Source: Spirochaetia bacterium
GTDB lineage: Bacteria; Spirochaetota; Spirochaetia; SZUA-6; Bin103
Reading direction: 5' to 3'
Assembly: GCA_965208575.1 (NCBI GenBank)
Contig: CBDBOV010000005.1
Span: 384,001-448,000 of the forward strand
Length of the DNA stretch: 64,000 nucleotides
Shown here: one piece after another, positions 1-10,229 of the stretch
Position numbering within the stretch: position 1 is the stretch's first letter
How the letters are laid out: the number at the start of each line of letters is the position of its first letter
Notes under the pieces: model-generated
Database searches by the model: none
Seen by the model: the letters and a program-made list of their open reading frames with translations, nothing else
What the model was told of the DNA's origin: nothing
Made by a program: the position numbers and the translations under genes

Positions 1-2
1 AC

Positions 3-263
3 CTCGCGTGTCCCACGTGGGAAGCGGAAATGCTCGCAGGTACAATCCCTGCATCGCAGGCTCTCGCCGACCGACTGATTGCAGCGGGATATGTTGGCAT
101 GAGAGTCCAAAGCCATGCCGCCGGGGCCTCCGCCGACGACCTCAATCTCGTTCTGTGGAGTTGGAGCGCGGACCGACCCGCCCGCGTAGTCCTGATCGAC
201 GACGAGGGCCGGCTCTCCGAGACTCCCGGCATACGTCGCGGGGACTCGGGGCCGACAAGGTGA
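3..263 (+). CDS. RES-domain protein, C-terminal part (gene begins before the window)
   Basis: SQALADRLIAAGYVGMRVQS...NLVLW resembles the RES C-terminus (G..vpS...NlVl); the frame is open from the window edge. Confidence 0.65.
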   Translation, partial: LACPTWEAEMLAGTIPASQALADRLIAAGYVGMRVQSHAAGASADDLNLVLWSWSADRPARVVLIDDEGRLSETPGIRRGDSGPTR

Positions 264-311
264 GATCGGAATCGCTGGCAGCGGCGGCGGCATTGAGGTA
301 GGGTGCGGCGC

Positions 312-1271
312 ATGGTGGAGACTACTTTGCCGCTGAGGCCGCTGGGCAACACCGGGCTGCAGGTGTCGGCTGTTTCACTTGGCGCGGCACCGTTCGGGGG
401 GGTCGATGACGAGGTGGCGGCGCAGACCGCGCACCGCGCGCTTGAACTGGGCGTCAATCTGATCGATACCTCGCCGCTGTACGGCGACGGCGAGAGCGAG
501 CGGCGGCTCGGCCTGGCGCTGGAAGCGTGGTGGGCGCAGGGCGGCCGGCGCGCCGACCTGGTTCTGTGCACCAAGACCGGCACCCGTTCGCGGCCCTACG
601 ACTACTCGGCGGACGCCACCCGCTGGAGCATCGACGAGAGCCTGCGCACGCTCAAGACCGACTATCTCGACGTGGTGCACATCCACGACCCGGACCGGAT
701 CGAGCAGGCGCTCGGACCCGGACGCGCGCTGGAGGCGCTGCAGGAGCTGAAGCGGCAGAACGTGGTGCGCCACATCGGGCTCGGAGTGCGCGGCCTGGAT
801 CTGCACTGCGCGTTTCACGACACCGGCTCCTGCGAGGCGTCGCTCACCTACCGCGACTACAGCCTGATCGACCAGACGGCGGCGGAGCGCCTGCTGCCCT
901 CCGCCGAGCGCCACGGGGTAGGGCTGCTGAACGCCCAGATGGTGCGCCACGGCTTGCTCGGCGGCGAGGATCCGCGCACGGTGGAGCGCCGCTTCAGTGG
1001 CCGGCCCGGCTTCCAGCCGGGCGATATCAGCTACATCGAGCCGTGGGAGGTGGAGCGCGCCACCCGGCTCTGGCAGTGGTGCCGCGACCGTAATCTCGAC
1101 CTGCTGGCGCTCAGCGTGCAGTTCGGACTGCGCGACCCGCGCATCTCCTCGCAGATGATCGGCACCGGCTCGCCCGCCCACCTGGAAGCGGGCGTGCGCG
1201 CGGCGCTGGCGCCGATCGCCGACCAGGTGTGGCAGGAGCTGGCCGCCGACTTCGCCATCCGCGGGATATAG
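312..1271 (+). CDS. Aldo/keto reductase
   Basis: LGNTGLQVSAVSLG, IDTSPLYG, SLRTLKTDYLDVVHIHDP motifs. Confidence 0.9.
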   Translation: MVETTLPLRPLGNTGLQVSAVSLGAAPFGGVDDEVAAQTAHRALELGVNLIDTSPLYGDGESERRLGLALEAWWAQGGRRADLVLCTKTGTRSRPYDYSADATRWSIDESLRTLKTDYLDVVHIHDPDRIEQALGPGRALEALQELKRQNVVRHIGLGVRGLDLHCAFHDTGSCEASLTYRDYSLIDQTAAERLLPSAERHGVGLLNAQMVRHGLLGGEDPRTVERRFSGRPGFQPGDISYIEPWEVERATRLWQWCRDRNLDLLALSVQFGLRDPRISSQMIGTGSPAHLEAGVRAALAPIADQVWQELAADFAIRGI

Positions 1272-1289
1272 CTGGTCTACAGCCGCCGA

Positions 1290-2336
1290 TTACTCGCTGT
1301 TGGCCGCTACGGCGATCTTCAGGGCTTCGCGCCCGTCCAGCCGGTAGTTGCTGTCCAGGGCGTGGAAGCCCTCGGCGACCCGCTCCAGCGGGACGGCGTG
1401 GCTCACGAACCCCTCGAACAGCGAGGCGTACCGCTCCAGCAGCGCCAGCGAGCGCACGAAGTGCGGGCCTTCGAAACCCCAGGCGGCCTCCAGGCGCAGG
1501 TTCTTGCGCATCAGCATCTGGTTGGGGTTGCACTCGAAGGTGCCGGTGTCCACGAAGTGGCCGAACTCGACGTAGGTGCCGCTGCGCCGCAGGTAGTCGA
1601 GGCCTTCCGGAATCGCAGACAGGAAACCCGCGCACTCGCACACCACGTCGGCGCCGGCGCCGCGCGGCGTGTTGTCGCGCACGATCTTTATGCGTTCCGC
1701 GGCGTCCGGCACCTCCTCGATGTTGATCGCCAGGTCGGCGCCAAGCCGCTCGGCGAACTCCAGGCGCCCGGCGGGGCCGCCGACCGCGATCAGCCGGCCG
1801 GCGCCGGCGCGCCGGGCCCAGGCGATCGCCAGCAGCCCGATCGGTCCGGTGCCCTGGATCACCACGGTGTCGCCGAGCTGGATGCCGGCGCGCGACACGC
1901 AGTGGTAGGAGCAGGCAGACGGCTCGGTCAGCACCGCGATCTCGGGCGGAAGGTCGGTCTTCAGGAATACGTTGGTGGGATTCCACAGGTAGATGTACTG
2001 TCCGAAGCCGCCGCGCAGCCCGGGCGCGTGGTCGGTCGGTTGGAATCCGACGCCCAGGTGCGGGGAGACCACCACGCGGTCGCCAACCTGCACCGGGTTG
2101 CCGAGGGCATCCTCGCTGACCCCGTCACCGAGCGCATCGAGCGTGCCGACGTTCTCGTGGCCGAGGATGACGTCGTAGCCGAGGCGCTGGAACTGCCAGT
2201 TGTGCAGATCGGTGCCGCAGATGCCGCCCAACTCCTGCTTGACCAAGACCTTGCCCGGTTCCGGCTCCGGCACCGGATACTCGCGAATCTCGAACTCCTT
2301 GCCAGCCATCACGCTGGCGCGTGCCGTTCTTCCCAT
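1290..2336 (-). CDS. Zinc-binding alcohol dehydrogenase (MDR family)
   Basis: GICGTDLH, GHE and GTGPIG motifs; GGAGG RBS before ATG at 2336. Confidence 0.9.
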   Translation of the reverse strand: MGRTARASVMAGKEFEIREYPVPEPEPGKVLVKQELGGICGTDLHNWQFQRLGYDVILGHENVGTLDALGDGVSEDALGNPVQVGDRVVVSPHLGVGFQPTDHAPGLRGGFGQYIYLWNPTNVFLKTDLPPEIAVLTEPSACSYHCVSRAGIQLGDTVVIQGTGPIGLLAIAWARRAGAGRLIAVGGPAGRLEFAERLGADLAINIEEVPDAAERIKIVRDNTPRGAGADVVCECAGFLSAIPEGLDYLRRSGTYVEFGHFVDTGTFECNPNQMLMRKNLRLEAAWGFEGPHFVRSLALLERYASLFEGFVSHAVPLERVAEGFHALDSNYRLDGREALKIAVAANSE

Positions 2337-2474
2337 CAATGGACCTCCTCCGTCCGCTTGGCGATCTGTGCTGCCGGCAAGTAACGCAGCCCCCGGCCAA
2401 TCCGTCAAGCGCCGCACACCCCGGGGCGTTGGCGCGCTGACAGCACGCCCGGAAGGGGCTACACTCTCGGCACC

Positions 2475-2993
2475 ATGAGCGGTAAGGCAAACGAGGTTCG
2501 CGCGGACTGGACCGGGCGATTTTTCGAGGATCTCGACGTGGGTGACGTGTACCGCAGCCGGTGGGGGCATACGGTGACCGAGGCCGACAACGCGCTGTTC
2601 ACGCAACTGACTCACAACACCAACCCGCTGCACTTCGACGCCCGCTACGCCGCCGATTCGCGCTGGGGCAGGATCCTGGTCAACAGCACCTTCACCCTGG
2701 CGCTGATCACCGGCATGAGCGTGAACGACGTCACCGAGCACGCCATGGCTAACCTGGGCTGGGAAGAGATCAAGCTGCCCAACCCGGTGTTCCTGGGCGA
2801 CACCCTGTACTGCGAGACCGAGATCCTGGCGCGGCGCGACTCCAAGTCGTACCCGGAGGCGGGCATCGTGCGGTTCCGCTCGCGCGGCATCAACCAGGAC
2901 GGCGACGTGGTGCTGGAGTACACCCGCAGCGCAATGATCTACCGGCGCGCCGCCGCTCCGCAGGTATCGTTTCCGGTAGCCAACGGGCGCTGA
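2475..2993 (+). CDS. MaoC-family (R)-enoyl-CoA hydratase/dehydratase
   Basis: GRFFEDLDVG...TVTEADNALFTQLTHNTNPLHFD, PVFLGDTL hot-dog motifs. Confidence 0.9.
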   Translation: MSGKANEVRADWTGRFFEDLDVGDVYRSRWGHTVTEADNALFTQLTHNTNPLHFDARYAADSRWGRILVNSTFTLALITGMSVNDVTEHAMANLGWEEIKLPNPVFLGDTLYCETEILARRDSKSYPEAGIVRFRSRGINQDGDVVLEYTRSAMIYRRAAAPQVSFPVANGR

Positions 2994-3003
2994 CCGCTCC
3001 GCC

Positions 3004-4512
3004 GTGAAACCGCTGGCGGGGCTGCGGCTGATCGACCTGTCCACGGTCGTGGCCGGCCCCTATTCGGGCGCGCTGCTGGCCGACCTCGGCGCGGACGTGA
3101 TCAAGGTGGAGCCGCCCGCCGGCGACGCCGCCCGCGGCCTGGTCACCGAAGAGGGGCTGGCGCCCCACGTTCACACCAACCAGCGCAACAAGCGCGGCAT
3201 GGTGATCGACCTCAAGCACCCCGCCGGCAAGGCGGCGTTCCAAGACCTGGTGCGCTGGGCGGACGTGGTGCTGGAGAACTATCGCCCCGGCGTCACCGAG
3301 CGTCTGGGCATCGACTACCCGGCGCTGGCCGCGCTCAACCCGCGCATCGTCATGTGCTCGATCACCGGCTACGGACTGACCGGTCCGGGAAGGGACCGCG
3401 CAGCGTTCGACGCCAACATACAGGCTTACGCCGGCGTGATGGGCCTGACCGGCGAGCCGGACGGGAGGCCGGTGCGGGCGGCGCTGGCGTACGCCGATCT
3501 GTGCGCGGGCATGGCGGGCGCGCTGGGCATCCTGGCCGCGGTGGTGGCGCGCGACCGCACCGGACGCGGCCAGCACGTCGACCTGGCCATGTTCGACGTC
3601 CAGCTCTCGATGCAGAACTACTTCTGTACCATGCAGTTGGCATCGGCCAGGCCACCCCGGCGCCTGGGCAACGAGCATGAGCTGCACGTGCCCTACAACG
3701 CGTACCCGACGGCCAGCGGACCGCTGTTCGTGACGGTGGTGACGGAGGCGCAGTGGAGCGGCCTGCTGCGCGCGCTCGGGCGGCTGGACCATCCGCCCGA
3801 GGTGGGCACCCACCTGCAGATGCTGGCGGATGGCCGGCTGCGATCGCGCGGCCACCGGATCGCGGCGCGGGATGCGATCAACGCGGCGCTGGAGGCCATT
3901 CTCGCGACGCGCCCGCGCGAGGAGTGGATGGCCGCGCTGGCCGCCGAGCGGTTGCCGTTCGCGCCCGTCAACACGCTGGCCGAGGCGCTCGCCGACCCGC
4001 AGGCGGCCGCGCGCGGCATGGTGGCCCCCATACCGCTGCCGGACGGCGGCACCCGCCCGGCGTCCGGCAACCCGATCAAGCTGTCGGACGCCGGTCCCGA
4101 CACCTTCACGCCGCCGCCGAAGCTCGGCCAGCACACCCGGGAGGTGCTCGTCGACGTCCTGGGCTACGACGAGGCTCGGGTCGCCCGCCTGCTGGCGTCG
4201 GGCGCGTTCACCGCGGCCTCGGAACGGCGGGTTCCCGAAGGTAGCCAAGCGTTTGGCGCCAGCGGTAGCGGGCACAAGCCGGCGGACGATGCCGGCGGAG
4301 TGGGCGTCCGGTCCGGCGACGCGACAAGCGCCGACCGCGCCCTGCCCGGGACGCCGGGCGCCGGCGCGGAAGGCCCGCCGGAATCGGCGCCGGAGGGTGG
4401 AGCGGTGCACCGGCGCGATCCGGACGCTGGCGCCGGAGCGGCAACGTTGCACGCGGCTGCACCCGGCACGGCGGCCACCGGCCCCGGTGCGTCCCCCGGC
4501 GCGGAGGGCTGA
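3004..4512 (+). CDS. CaiB/BaiF family III CoA-transferase with a low-complexity C-terminal tail
   Basis: PLAGLRLIDLS, LADLGADVIKVE, RNKR, ENYRPG, PPKLGQHT. Confidence 0.9.
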   Translation: MKPLAGLRLIDLSTVVAGPYSGALLADLGADVIKVEPPAGDAARGLVTEEGLAPHVHTNQRNKRGMVIDLKHPAGKAAFQDLVRWADVVLENYRPGVTERLGIDYPALAALNPRIVMCSITGYGLTGPGRDRAAFDANIQAYAGVMGLTGEPDGRPVRAALAYADLCAGMAGALGILAAVVARDRTGRGQHVDLAMFDVQLSMQNYFCTMQLASARPPRRLGNEHELHVPYNAYPTASGPLFVTVVTEAQWSGLLRALGRLDHPPEVGTHLQMLADGRLRSRGHRIAARDAINAALEAILATRPREEWMAALAAERLPFAPVNTLAEALADPQAAARGMVAPIPLPDGGTRPASGNPIKLSDAGPDTFTPPPKLGQHTREVLVDVLGYDEARVARLLASGAFTAASERRVPEGSQAFGASGSGHKPADDAGGVGVRSGDATSADRALPGTPGAGAEGPPESAPEGGAVHRRDPDAGAGAATLHAAAPGTAATGPGASPGAEG

Positions 4513-4515
4513 CCG

Positions 4516-5418
4516 ATGGTGCTGCCGGCGCGGTCGCTGCTGTTCGTGCCCGCCAACCGGCCCGACCGCTATGCCAAGGCCGCCGCCGCCGGAGCGGACA
4601 AGGTGATCATCGACCTGGAGGACTCGGTGCCGGCCGACCAGCGCGCCGCGGCGCGCGAGATGATCGCGCCGGCCTTGCCCGAGGTGGCGCGCGAACGGCT
4701 GCTGGTGCGGGTCAACCCGATCGCCGATCCGGACCACGCCGCCGACCTTGCCGCGGTGCCGCTGGCGGCGGTGGGAGGGCTGATGGTGCCGAAATTCGAG
4801 CACGCCGCCGAGCTGCGCGCCCTGGCCGCCGAGCTGGAACGCCGGGAAACGGCGGCCGGCTTGGCGGCCGGTTCCACGTTCCTGGTGGTCCTGATCGAGA
4901 CCGCGCGCGGCGTGCGCGATGCGGACGCGCTCATGGAGGCGGCCGCATCGCTGGGCCGCGACTCCGTGGCCGCATTCGGGGCGCTGGACTACGGCGTGGA
5001 GGTCGGTACGGAGGCGACCGGCGTCGAGCCGGAGCTGCTATACCCGCGCGTGCGGTTGACCGTGGCCGCCGCCGCCGCCGGCCTGGAGCCGCCGCTCGAT
5101 TCGCCAAGCACCCACCTGCGCGACCCCGACCGGGTGCGCGCGGAGGCGCTGGCGGCGCGCCGGCTCGGGTTTCAGGGCAAGCTGTGCGTGCACCCGCTCC
5201 AGGTCGGCGCCTGCAACGAAGTGTTCACTCCGCCGCCGGCGGCGGTGGCCGAAGCGCGCACCGCGGTCGACGCCTACGATGCGGCGCGGGCCGCCGGACG
5301 CGGCGCGGTGGCGCTGGACGGGCGCATGATCGACATGCCGGTGGTGCGGCGGGCGCAGCGCACGCTGACCCTGGCGCGCCGCCTGCAGCAGGAAGGCCGC
5401 TCCGCCGGCAACGCCTGA
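4516..5418 (+). CDS. CitE-like CoA-ester lyase (HpcH/HpaI aldolase/citrate lyase family)
   Basis: RSLLFVPANRP, IIDLEDSV, IETARG, GFQGKLCVHP, GRMIDMP. Confidence 0.9.
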   Translation: MVLPARSLLFVPANRPDRYAKAAAAGADKVIIDLEDSVPADQRAAAREMIAPALPEVARERLLVRVNPIADPDHAADLAAVPLAAVGGLMVPKFEHAAELRALAAELERRETAAGLAAGSTFLVVLIETARGVRDADALMEAAASLGRDSVAAFGALDYGVEVGTEATGVEPELLYPRVRLTVAAAAAGLEPPLDSPSTHLRDPDRVRAEALAARRLGFQGKLCVHPLQVGACNEVFTPPPAAVAEARTAVDAYDAARAAGRGAVALDGRMIDMPVVRRAQRTLTLARRLQQEGRSAGNA

Positions 5419-5436
5419 ACGCCGCCCCGCCGGCTC

Positions 5437-5814
5437 TCAGTTCTGCGCCGAAAAGTAGCGGTCGAAGTGCCGGTCGAAGTGGATGATCGGCGCGTGGTGG
5501 TACTGCGCCACCGCGATGATCAGCAGGTCGGTGGGGGGGATGGTCAAGCCATTGGTCCGGCACCTGGTGGCGAGCTGCCACGATGATCGCCAGACCGCCT
5601 CGTCGATGCTCAGGAACGCAAGCGAATCCGCGAACCGGCGTAGCTGGGACCGCTCGTATGCTCCCCGGGCCCCGTTCCACAGTTCCAGCATGATCATGGA
5701 GCAGGTCGCGGCCTCCCCGGTCTGCAGGACGTGCGTCACCTGGCTTCGAGTCGCCGGGTCCCCATCCTTTCGCAGCGTTTCGACCCAGGCAGAGGTATCG
5801 ATCAGAATGCTCAA
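5437..5814 (-). CDS. vapC: VapC-type PIN-domain toxin
   Basis: ILIDTSAWV, TDLLIIAVA, HFDRHF; overlaps the stop of the upstream antitoxin. Confidence 0.88.
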   Translation of the reverse strand: MSILIDTSAWVETLRKDGDPATRSQVTHVLQTGEAATCSMIMLELWNGARGAYERSQLRRFADSLAFLSIDEAVWRSSWQLATRCRTNGLTIPPTDLLIIAVAQYHHAPIIHFDRHFDRYFSAQN

Positions 5815-6014
5815 TCCGAACCTCTCGATCGGTTGAGCTCGTCCGCGGTCATGAACTGGTCAAACGTCCCGACCACGTCGACCAGCGCCGCAACTTTCTT
5901 CTTGCGATTGTATTCCTCGATTGCGGTGAGAATCGCCTCCCGTTTGGTACGCGCCTCCGTATGCTCAATGAGCTCACCAAGCATATCATCGGGAATATCG
6001 ACGGTCGTCTTCAT
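5811..6014 (-). CDS. vapB: VapB-type antitoxin
   Basis: MKTTVDIPDD ribbon-helix-helix-like start; 67 aa; directly upstream of the PIN gene. Confidence 0.82.
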   Translation of the reverse strand: MKTTVDIPDDMLGELIEHTEARTKREAILTAIEEYNRKKKVAALVDVVGTFDQFMTADELNRSRGSD

Positions 6015-6187
6015 ATTATCATTGTCGGCGATATGGAATATCGAGTCAACCTCGGTGTGCCTCGACAGTGGTCCGGCGTTGGGCTACGGTCGGAAGCGAG
6101 GCCGTTGCGCATGAGTGCCGTTCCGAGCGCCTGTCGACGGTCACGCGGGCACGGTCGCTGTGCTCGACGAGTGAAAGTGGAGGAAAT

Positions 6188-7006
6188 ATGAGGATTCTGG
6201 TCACAAACGACGATGGGATTGATTCGCCCGGCATCCGGGCTCTCGCCGAAGCGATGAGCCGGGTCGGGGAGGTGCTCGTAGTTGCCCCGGACCGCCAGCA
6301 GAGCGGCGTTGGCACCGCCGTATCCTTTCATGACGGCCTTGCTGCTGCGGAACGGGACACTGCCATCGAGGGGGCGCGCGCCTATGCGGTCAGTGGCACA
6401 CCGAGCGATTGTGTGATCCTTGGCCTCGGGCCACTCGCCGACGGGACTGTCGATCTGGTCGTGTCCGGCATCAACACGGGTGCCAACGTCGGCAACGCTG
6501 TTCTCGGATCAGGGACCACCATGGCCACCCGAGTGGCTCACGCCGGCGGTGCCAGGATCCCTTCGATTGCGATCTCGCTGAGTCTGCGTGGGCCGCAGGA
6601 TCACCGGGAGCCGCTCTTCCACCTTGCCGCCGCGGTCTCGGAGTTGCTGGCGCACAGCATGGCGGAGGGAGAAATGCCGGCCGGCATTACGCTCAACGTG
6701 AACGTCCCTAGTGTCCCCCGCGGAGAGATCCGCGGCATCGCCGTCACCAGACTCTCTCCTATTGGATACTGGCGATTGAGAACCGAACAGGACGGCGACG
6801 GTCTTTACCACAACAAGCTCTCAGCACTCGCAGCGGACCATCCCGACATCGTAGAGGGGACCGATGTCTGGGCTCTCAACAGGGGGCTCATCTCCGTCAC
6901 ACCGTTACGCCTTGAGGTCACCGACGATAGCCTCCTGCCAACGCTGGGCGAGCACGCGCGTCGCTTGGAGTCCGCTCTCGAGCGGATCGTTGCGGAGGTT
7001 CCGTGA
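6188..7006 (+). CDS. surE: 5'/3'-nucleotidase SurE
   Basis: MRILVTNDDG, GTPSDCV, VSGIN.G.N, SGT. Confidence 0.92.
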   Translation: MRILVTNDDGIDSPGIRALAEAMSRVGEVLVVAPDRQQSGVGTAVSFHDGLAAAERDTAIEGARAYAVSGTPSDCVILGLGPLADGTVDLVVSGINTGANVGNAVLGSGTTMATRVAHAGGARIPSIAISLSLRGPQDHREPLFHLAAAVSELLAHSMAEGEMPAGITLNVNVPSVPRGEIRGIAVTRLSPIGYWRLRTEQDGDGLYHNKLSALAADHPDIVEGTDVWALNRGLISVTPLRLEVTDDSLLPTLGEHARRLESALERIVAEVP

Positions 7007-7089
7007 CAGGCCGACCGGGCGACCGGCCGATGACCTTCTGATCGGGTATGCAGTCTGACCAACGGCGCCGCTCTTGGCCCATTCCGTCC

Positions 7090-7603
7090 GATCACTACCC
7101 ATGTCTCGCTTCAGGTCCTGGTCGATCCAGATGCGGGAGAATACGGCATTACGGTCGCCCCATCCCAGGTCTATTTCACCGTTGTAACCCTTGACCCAGC
7201 TCTGATTCACGTTGAACTGCGGAGGCTTGGGACTCCACACCAGCGCGTGGATCTGTGCCAGGTACAGATCGATCTCTCTGACCACCCTCTGCTGCTCCTC
7301 GACGTTGTCAGCGGCTTGAGCCGCATCAAACAAGGCGTCAAACTGCGGGTCCTGGAGTCCGGTTGTGCTCGCTCCGGTGCCGGATTTCCCTACCGAGCTC
7401 GAGTGGTACCCTCTTATCGCTTCCAATGCATCGAAGTCGTAGGATGACACCGTACTTGACATACCCTTATAGACAAGCCCTTGCGCAGCGGCGATCCAAG
7501 CAGGTCGGTCCACGACAATGACCTCGACATCAACGCCAATCTTCTTCCAGTACTCGGCGGCCAATTGATAGTAGTCGACATCCAAGGTGTCAATGATTAT
7601 CAA
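7090..7603 (-). pseudogene. C-terminal fragment of an ABC peptide/nickel substrate-binding protein (SBP family 5)
   Basis: YWKKIGVDVEV, DPQFDALFDAAQ, QSWVKGYNGE; the signal peptide and N-terminal two-thirds are absent; the frame runs on into the 3' end of surE. Confidence 0.7.
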
Positions 7604-7859
7604 GTCGAAGGCGTCTCCATGACCTTCACCAGGAATCGGAGCGAGCGCTTATTGATTCAGAGCTAATTAGTTGCGGGGTACCGCCGGGGGGGGGTAGGAC
7701 AGGCCGAGCTGTCAACCGGTGGTGTGTGCTCGGTGTGGTCGATTGCTTATGGTTGTGCATCATCCGTCCAGCGGCCCCGTGGCAACAGCCACCATATACC
7801 ACGGTGCAACTGCCGTCAAACGCGCATGCGCACACGATGCGCACACCCGCAGGGCGCGT

Positions 7860-8282
7860 TCATCCCCGCGCGAGGTACAGGGAATTCTCGCGCACCGCAA
7901 GGAGATCTGAAGCAATGACCGCGAGGTCGGAGAAGAAACGTTGCTCATCGGGTTGAGCGCGCCACAGAATCGTGGCGAACAGGTGCTGCGGGAAGGAGCA
8001 CACCAGGTCCGCGACGGTGGCCGCGTCGATCCCGGCCTCTTTCTGGTTTGCTTCGGCCATGACGTCGGACCAATGGAACGGCCTGCGGGTACAGATCGCC
8101 CAGAGATTCGCGATGTCCTTGCTCTCCAACCGGTATTCGGAATACCGGAATCCGAAGTAGTGTCTATGAAGCGCGGTACCACCGGTCAGATAGAACGGTG
8201 CGTCGCAAGCGGCGAGCGTGCTCAGCACTCCATTCTGCAGGGGGTACAGGTTCTCCTCGTAATAGGCGTCGGATTCGTGCAT
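7860..8282 (-). pseudogene. AbiEii-like nucleotidyltransferase toxin with an apparent in-frame internal deletion
   Basis: FYLTGGTALHRHYFGFRYSE joins directly to YRLESKDIANLW; the expected DLD motif and the central region are missing. Confidence 0.7.
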
Positions 8283-8538
8283 AACGCTCCCGCAAGGGCG
8301 GCGGCCAAAGCCGCCCAATCGTCTCCGGAGTCAACAAGGCCCGGACTTCATCGAGCGTCAACGTCGTTACGACGCGCTGCCACGGCATCGTCTGCAGCAT
8401 TCGCACGAACAGTGCCGGCTTGTCGAGATGGCCGACCCGCTCGCGACGCCCGCGCAGTACTTCTGCCACCTCCTCGGGCCGGCAGCGGTAGTCCCATACG
8501 AGCGTCCTTGCAAGACGAGCCAGTTCCCGGTCGCCCAT
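8164..8538 (-). CDS. Putative cognate antitoxin of the AbiEii-like gene
   Basis: Small basic protein (LVWDY...LFVRMLQ) overlapping and upstream of the nucleotidyltransferase. Confidence 0.55.
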   Translation of the reverse strand: MGDRELARLARTLVWDYRCRPEEVAEVLRGRRERVGHLDKPALFVRMLQTMPWQRVVTTLTLDEVRALLTPETIGRLWPPPLRERYARIRRLLRGEPVPPAEWSAEHARRLRRTVLSDRWYRAS

Positions 8539-8606
8539 CGTACCAATGTAGTACCAATCAGCGGAGCTGCCAAATCAGGGTACCGGCTACGTGCCGCGGG
8601 CGACGG

Positions 8607-9347
8607 TTACGGCGGGTCGATGCCGGTGATGAAGGTCAGGACCTTGTCCATCCAGCCGTTGAGCGTGCGGTACTTGGCCGATTCCGCGGCCAGGATGCGC
8701 TGCTCGGCCTGCACGTACATCGACGGCACCAGCTCGGCGCGGCAGTGCTCGACCAGCGCGCGGGCGCTGTCCGGGGTGGTGTCGAGGTGAAACTGCATGC
8801 CGATCACCGAGTCGCCGAGCTGAAACGCCTGGTTCAGCGCCGCGTTGCTGCGCGCCAGGCGGACCGCTCCCTCCGGCAGGTCGAAGGTGTCGCCGTGCCA
8901 GTGAAACACCTCCAGGAATGGCGGAAAGCGGAACGTGGCCGGCTGCTCGGCGCCCGAATCGCCAGCGCCGTCACCGCCGTGAGCGCCGGCGGGCGCCACG
9001 CCCTGGATCGGCAGCCAGCCGATCTCCTTGACCTTGTTGGGGTACACCGCCGCTCCGCAGGCGCTGGCAATCAGCTGTGCGCCCAGGCACACCCCCAGCA
9101 CCGGCCGCCCCAGTTCGATGGCGGCGCGGATGAACCGCTTCTCCGCCGCCAGCCAGGGATGCTGCTCCTCGTCGTTGACGCTCATCGGGCCGCCCATCGC
9201 CACCACGAGATCCACGTCGGCGGGTGGCGGCAACTCGGTCGAGTCGTAAAACCGCGTCGCGGTCACCTGGTACCCGGCGCGGTGCAGCCAGGACTCGATG
9301 CTGCCCAACCCTTCGAACGGAACGTGTTGCAGATAGTGCGCGCGCAC
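8607..9347 (-). CDS. Class I glutamine amidotransferase (stand-alone, GMP-synthase-like)
   Basis: QHVPFEGLG, GGPMSV, GVCLGAQL, WHGDTF, QFHLD. Confidence 0.9.
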   Translation of the reverse strand: MRAHYLQHVPFEGLGSIESWLHRAGYQVTATRFYDSTELPPPADVDLVVAMGGPMSVNDEEQHPWLAAEKRFIRAAIELGRPVLGVCLGAQLIASACGAAVYPNKVKEIGWLPIQGVAPAGAHGGDGAGDSGAEQPATFRFPPFLEVFHWHGDTFDLPEGAVRLARSNAALNQAFQLGDSVIGMQFHLDTTPDSARALVEHCRAELVPSMYVQAEQRILAAESAKYRTLNGWMDKVLTFITGIDPP

Positions 9348-9430
9348 GGATCACCTCAGGTCATGTGGTCTTGCGGCCGCCGCGGCGGCCACGGCGCCAT
9401 AGTAGCCTGGAATGTGGTATGGTGGTGTCG

Positions 9431-10188
9431 ATGGCTGTGCAGGCGGATCAGGCAACACGCGAGCGTTTCGCGCCGGCGCCGGGCCACGGAGCCGAACGTG
9501 CCGCGGGCAAGCCGTTGCCGCTGGAGAACGGCGACCGGCTCTCGCGCAACGAGTTCGAACGGCGCTATACCGCTCGGCCGGATCTCAAGAAAGCAGAGTT
9601 GATCGAGGGGGTCGTGTACATGCCATCACCGGTACGCGCTGCCAGTCATGCCGAGCCGCATGCGGCGATTCTTGGATGGCTGGTGACCTACTGCGCATCG
9701 ACGCCCGGGGTGCGCGCGGCCGACAACGCAACGGTGCGGCTCGACCTGGACAACGAACCGCAACCCGACGCGCTGCTTCGTATCGTCCCGGCGGCGGGGG
9801 GCGCACGATGATGAGCGCCGACGACTACATCGACGGCGCGCCGGAGCTGATCGTGGAGATCGCCGCCAGCAGCGCCGCGATCGACCTGCACGACAAGCTG
9901 CGTGCCTATCGGCGCAACGGAGTGCAGGAGTACCTGGTATGGCGGGTGTTGGAACGGCAGATCGACTGGTTCGTGCTGACCGGCGGCGAGTACCGGCCGC
10001 TGGCCGCGACCGCGAGCGGCATGCTCGAGAGCCGCGTGTTCCCCGGCCTGCGCCTGGCGGTGGATGCGCTGCTGCAAGGAGACCTTGCCGGGGTACTTGC
10101 CGAGTTGCGAAACGGTCTGAGCATCCCGCAGCACGCCGAGTTTGTCGAGCACCTGCGGGCAGCGGAGGCAGCGGAGGACGATTCCTGA
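9431..10188 (+). pseudogene. Uma2-family restriction-endonuclease-fold protein, frameshifted at a G6 run (9796-9801)
   Basis: KAELIEGVVYM and EPQPD lie in one frame; GAPELIVEIAASS and YRRNGVQEY lie in another. Confidence 0.8.
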
Positions 10189-10229
10189 GGTTGCAGCGAC
10201 TGAGGCGGACGCCGCCGGTGTGATCGACG

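Noticed and set aside
6905-7603. Intact 232-aa gene
   Set aside because: It lacks the N-terminal part and signal peptide of a substrate-binding protein and overlaps surE; treated as a fragment.
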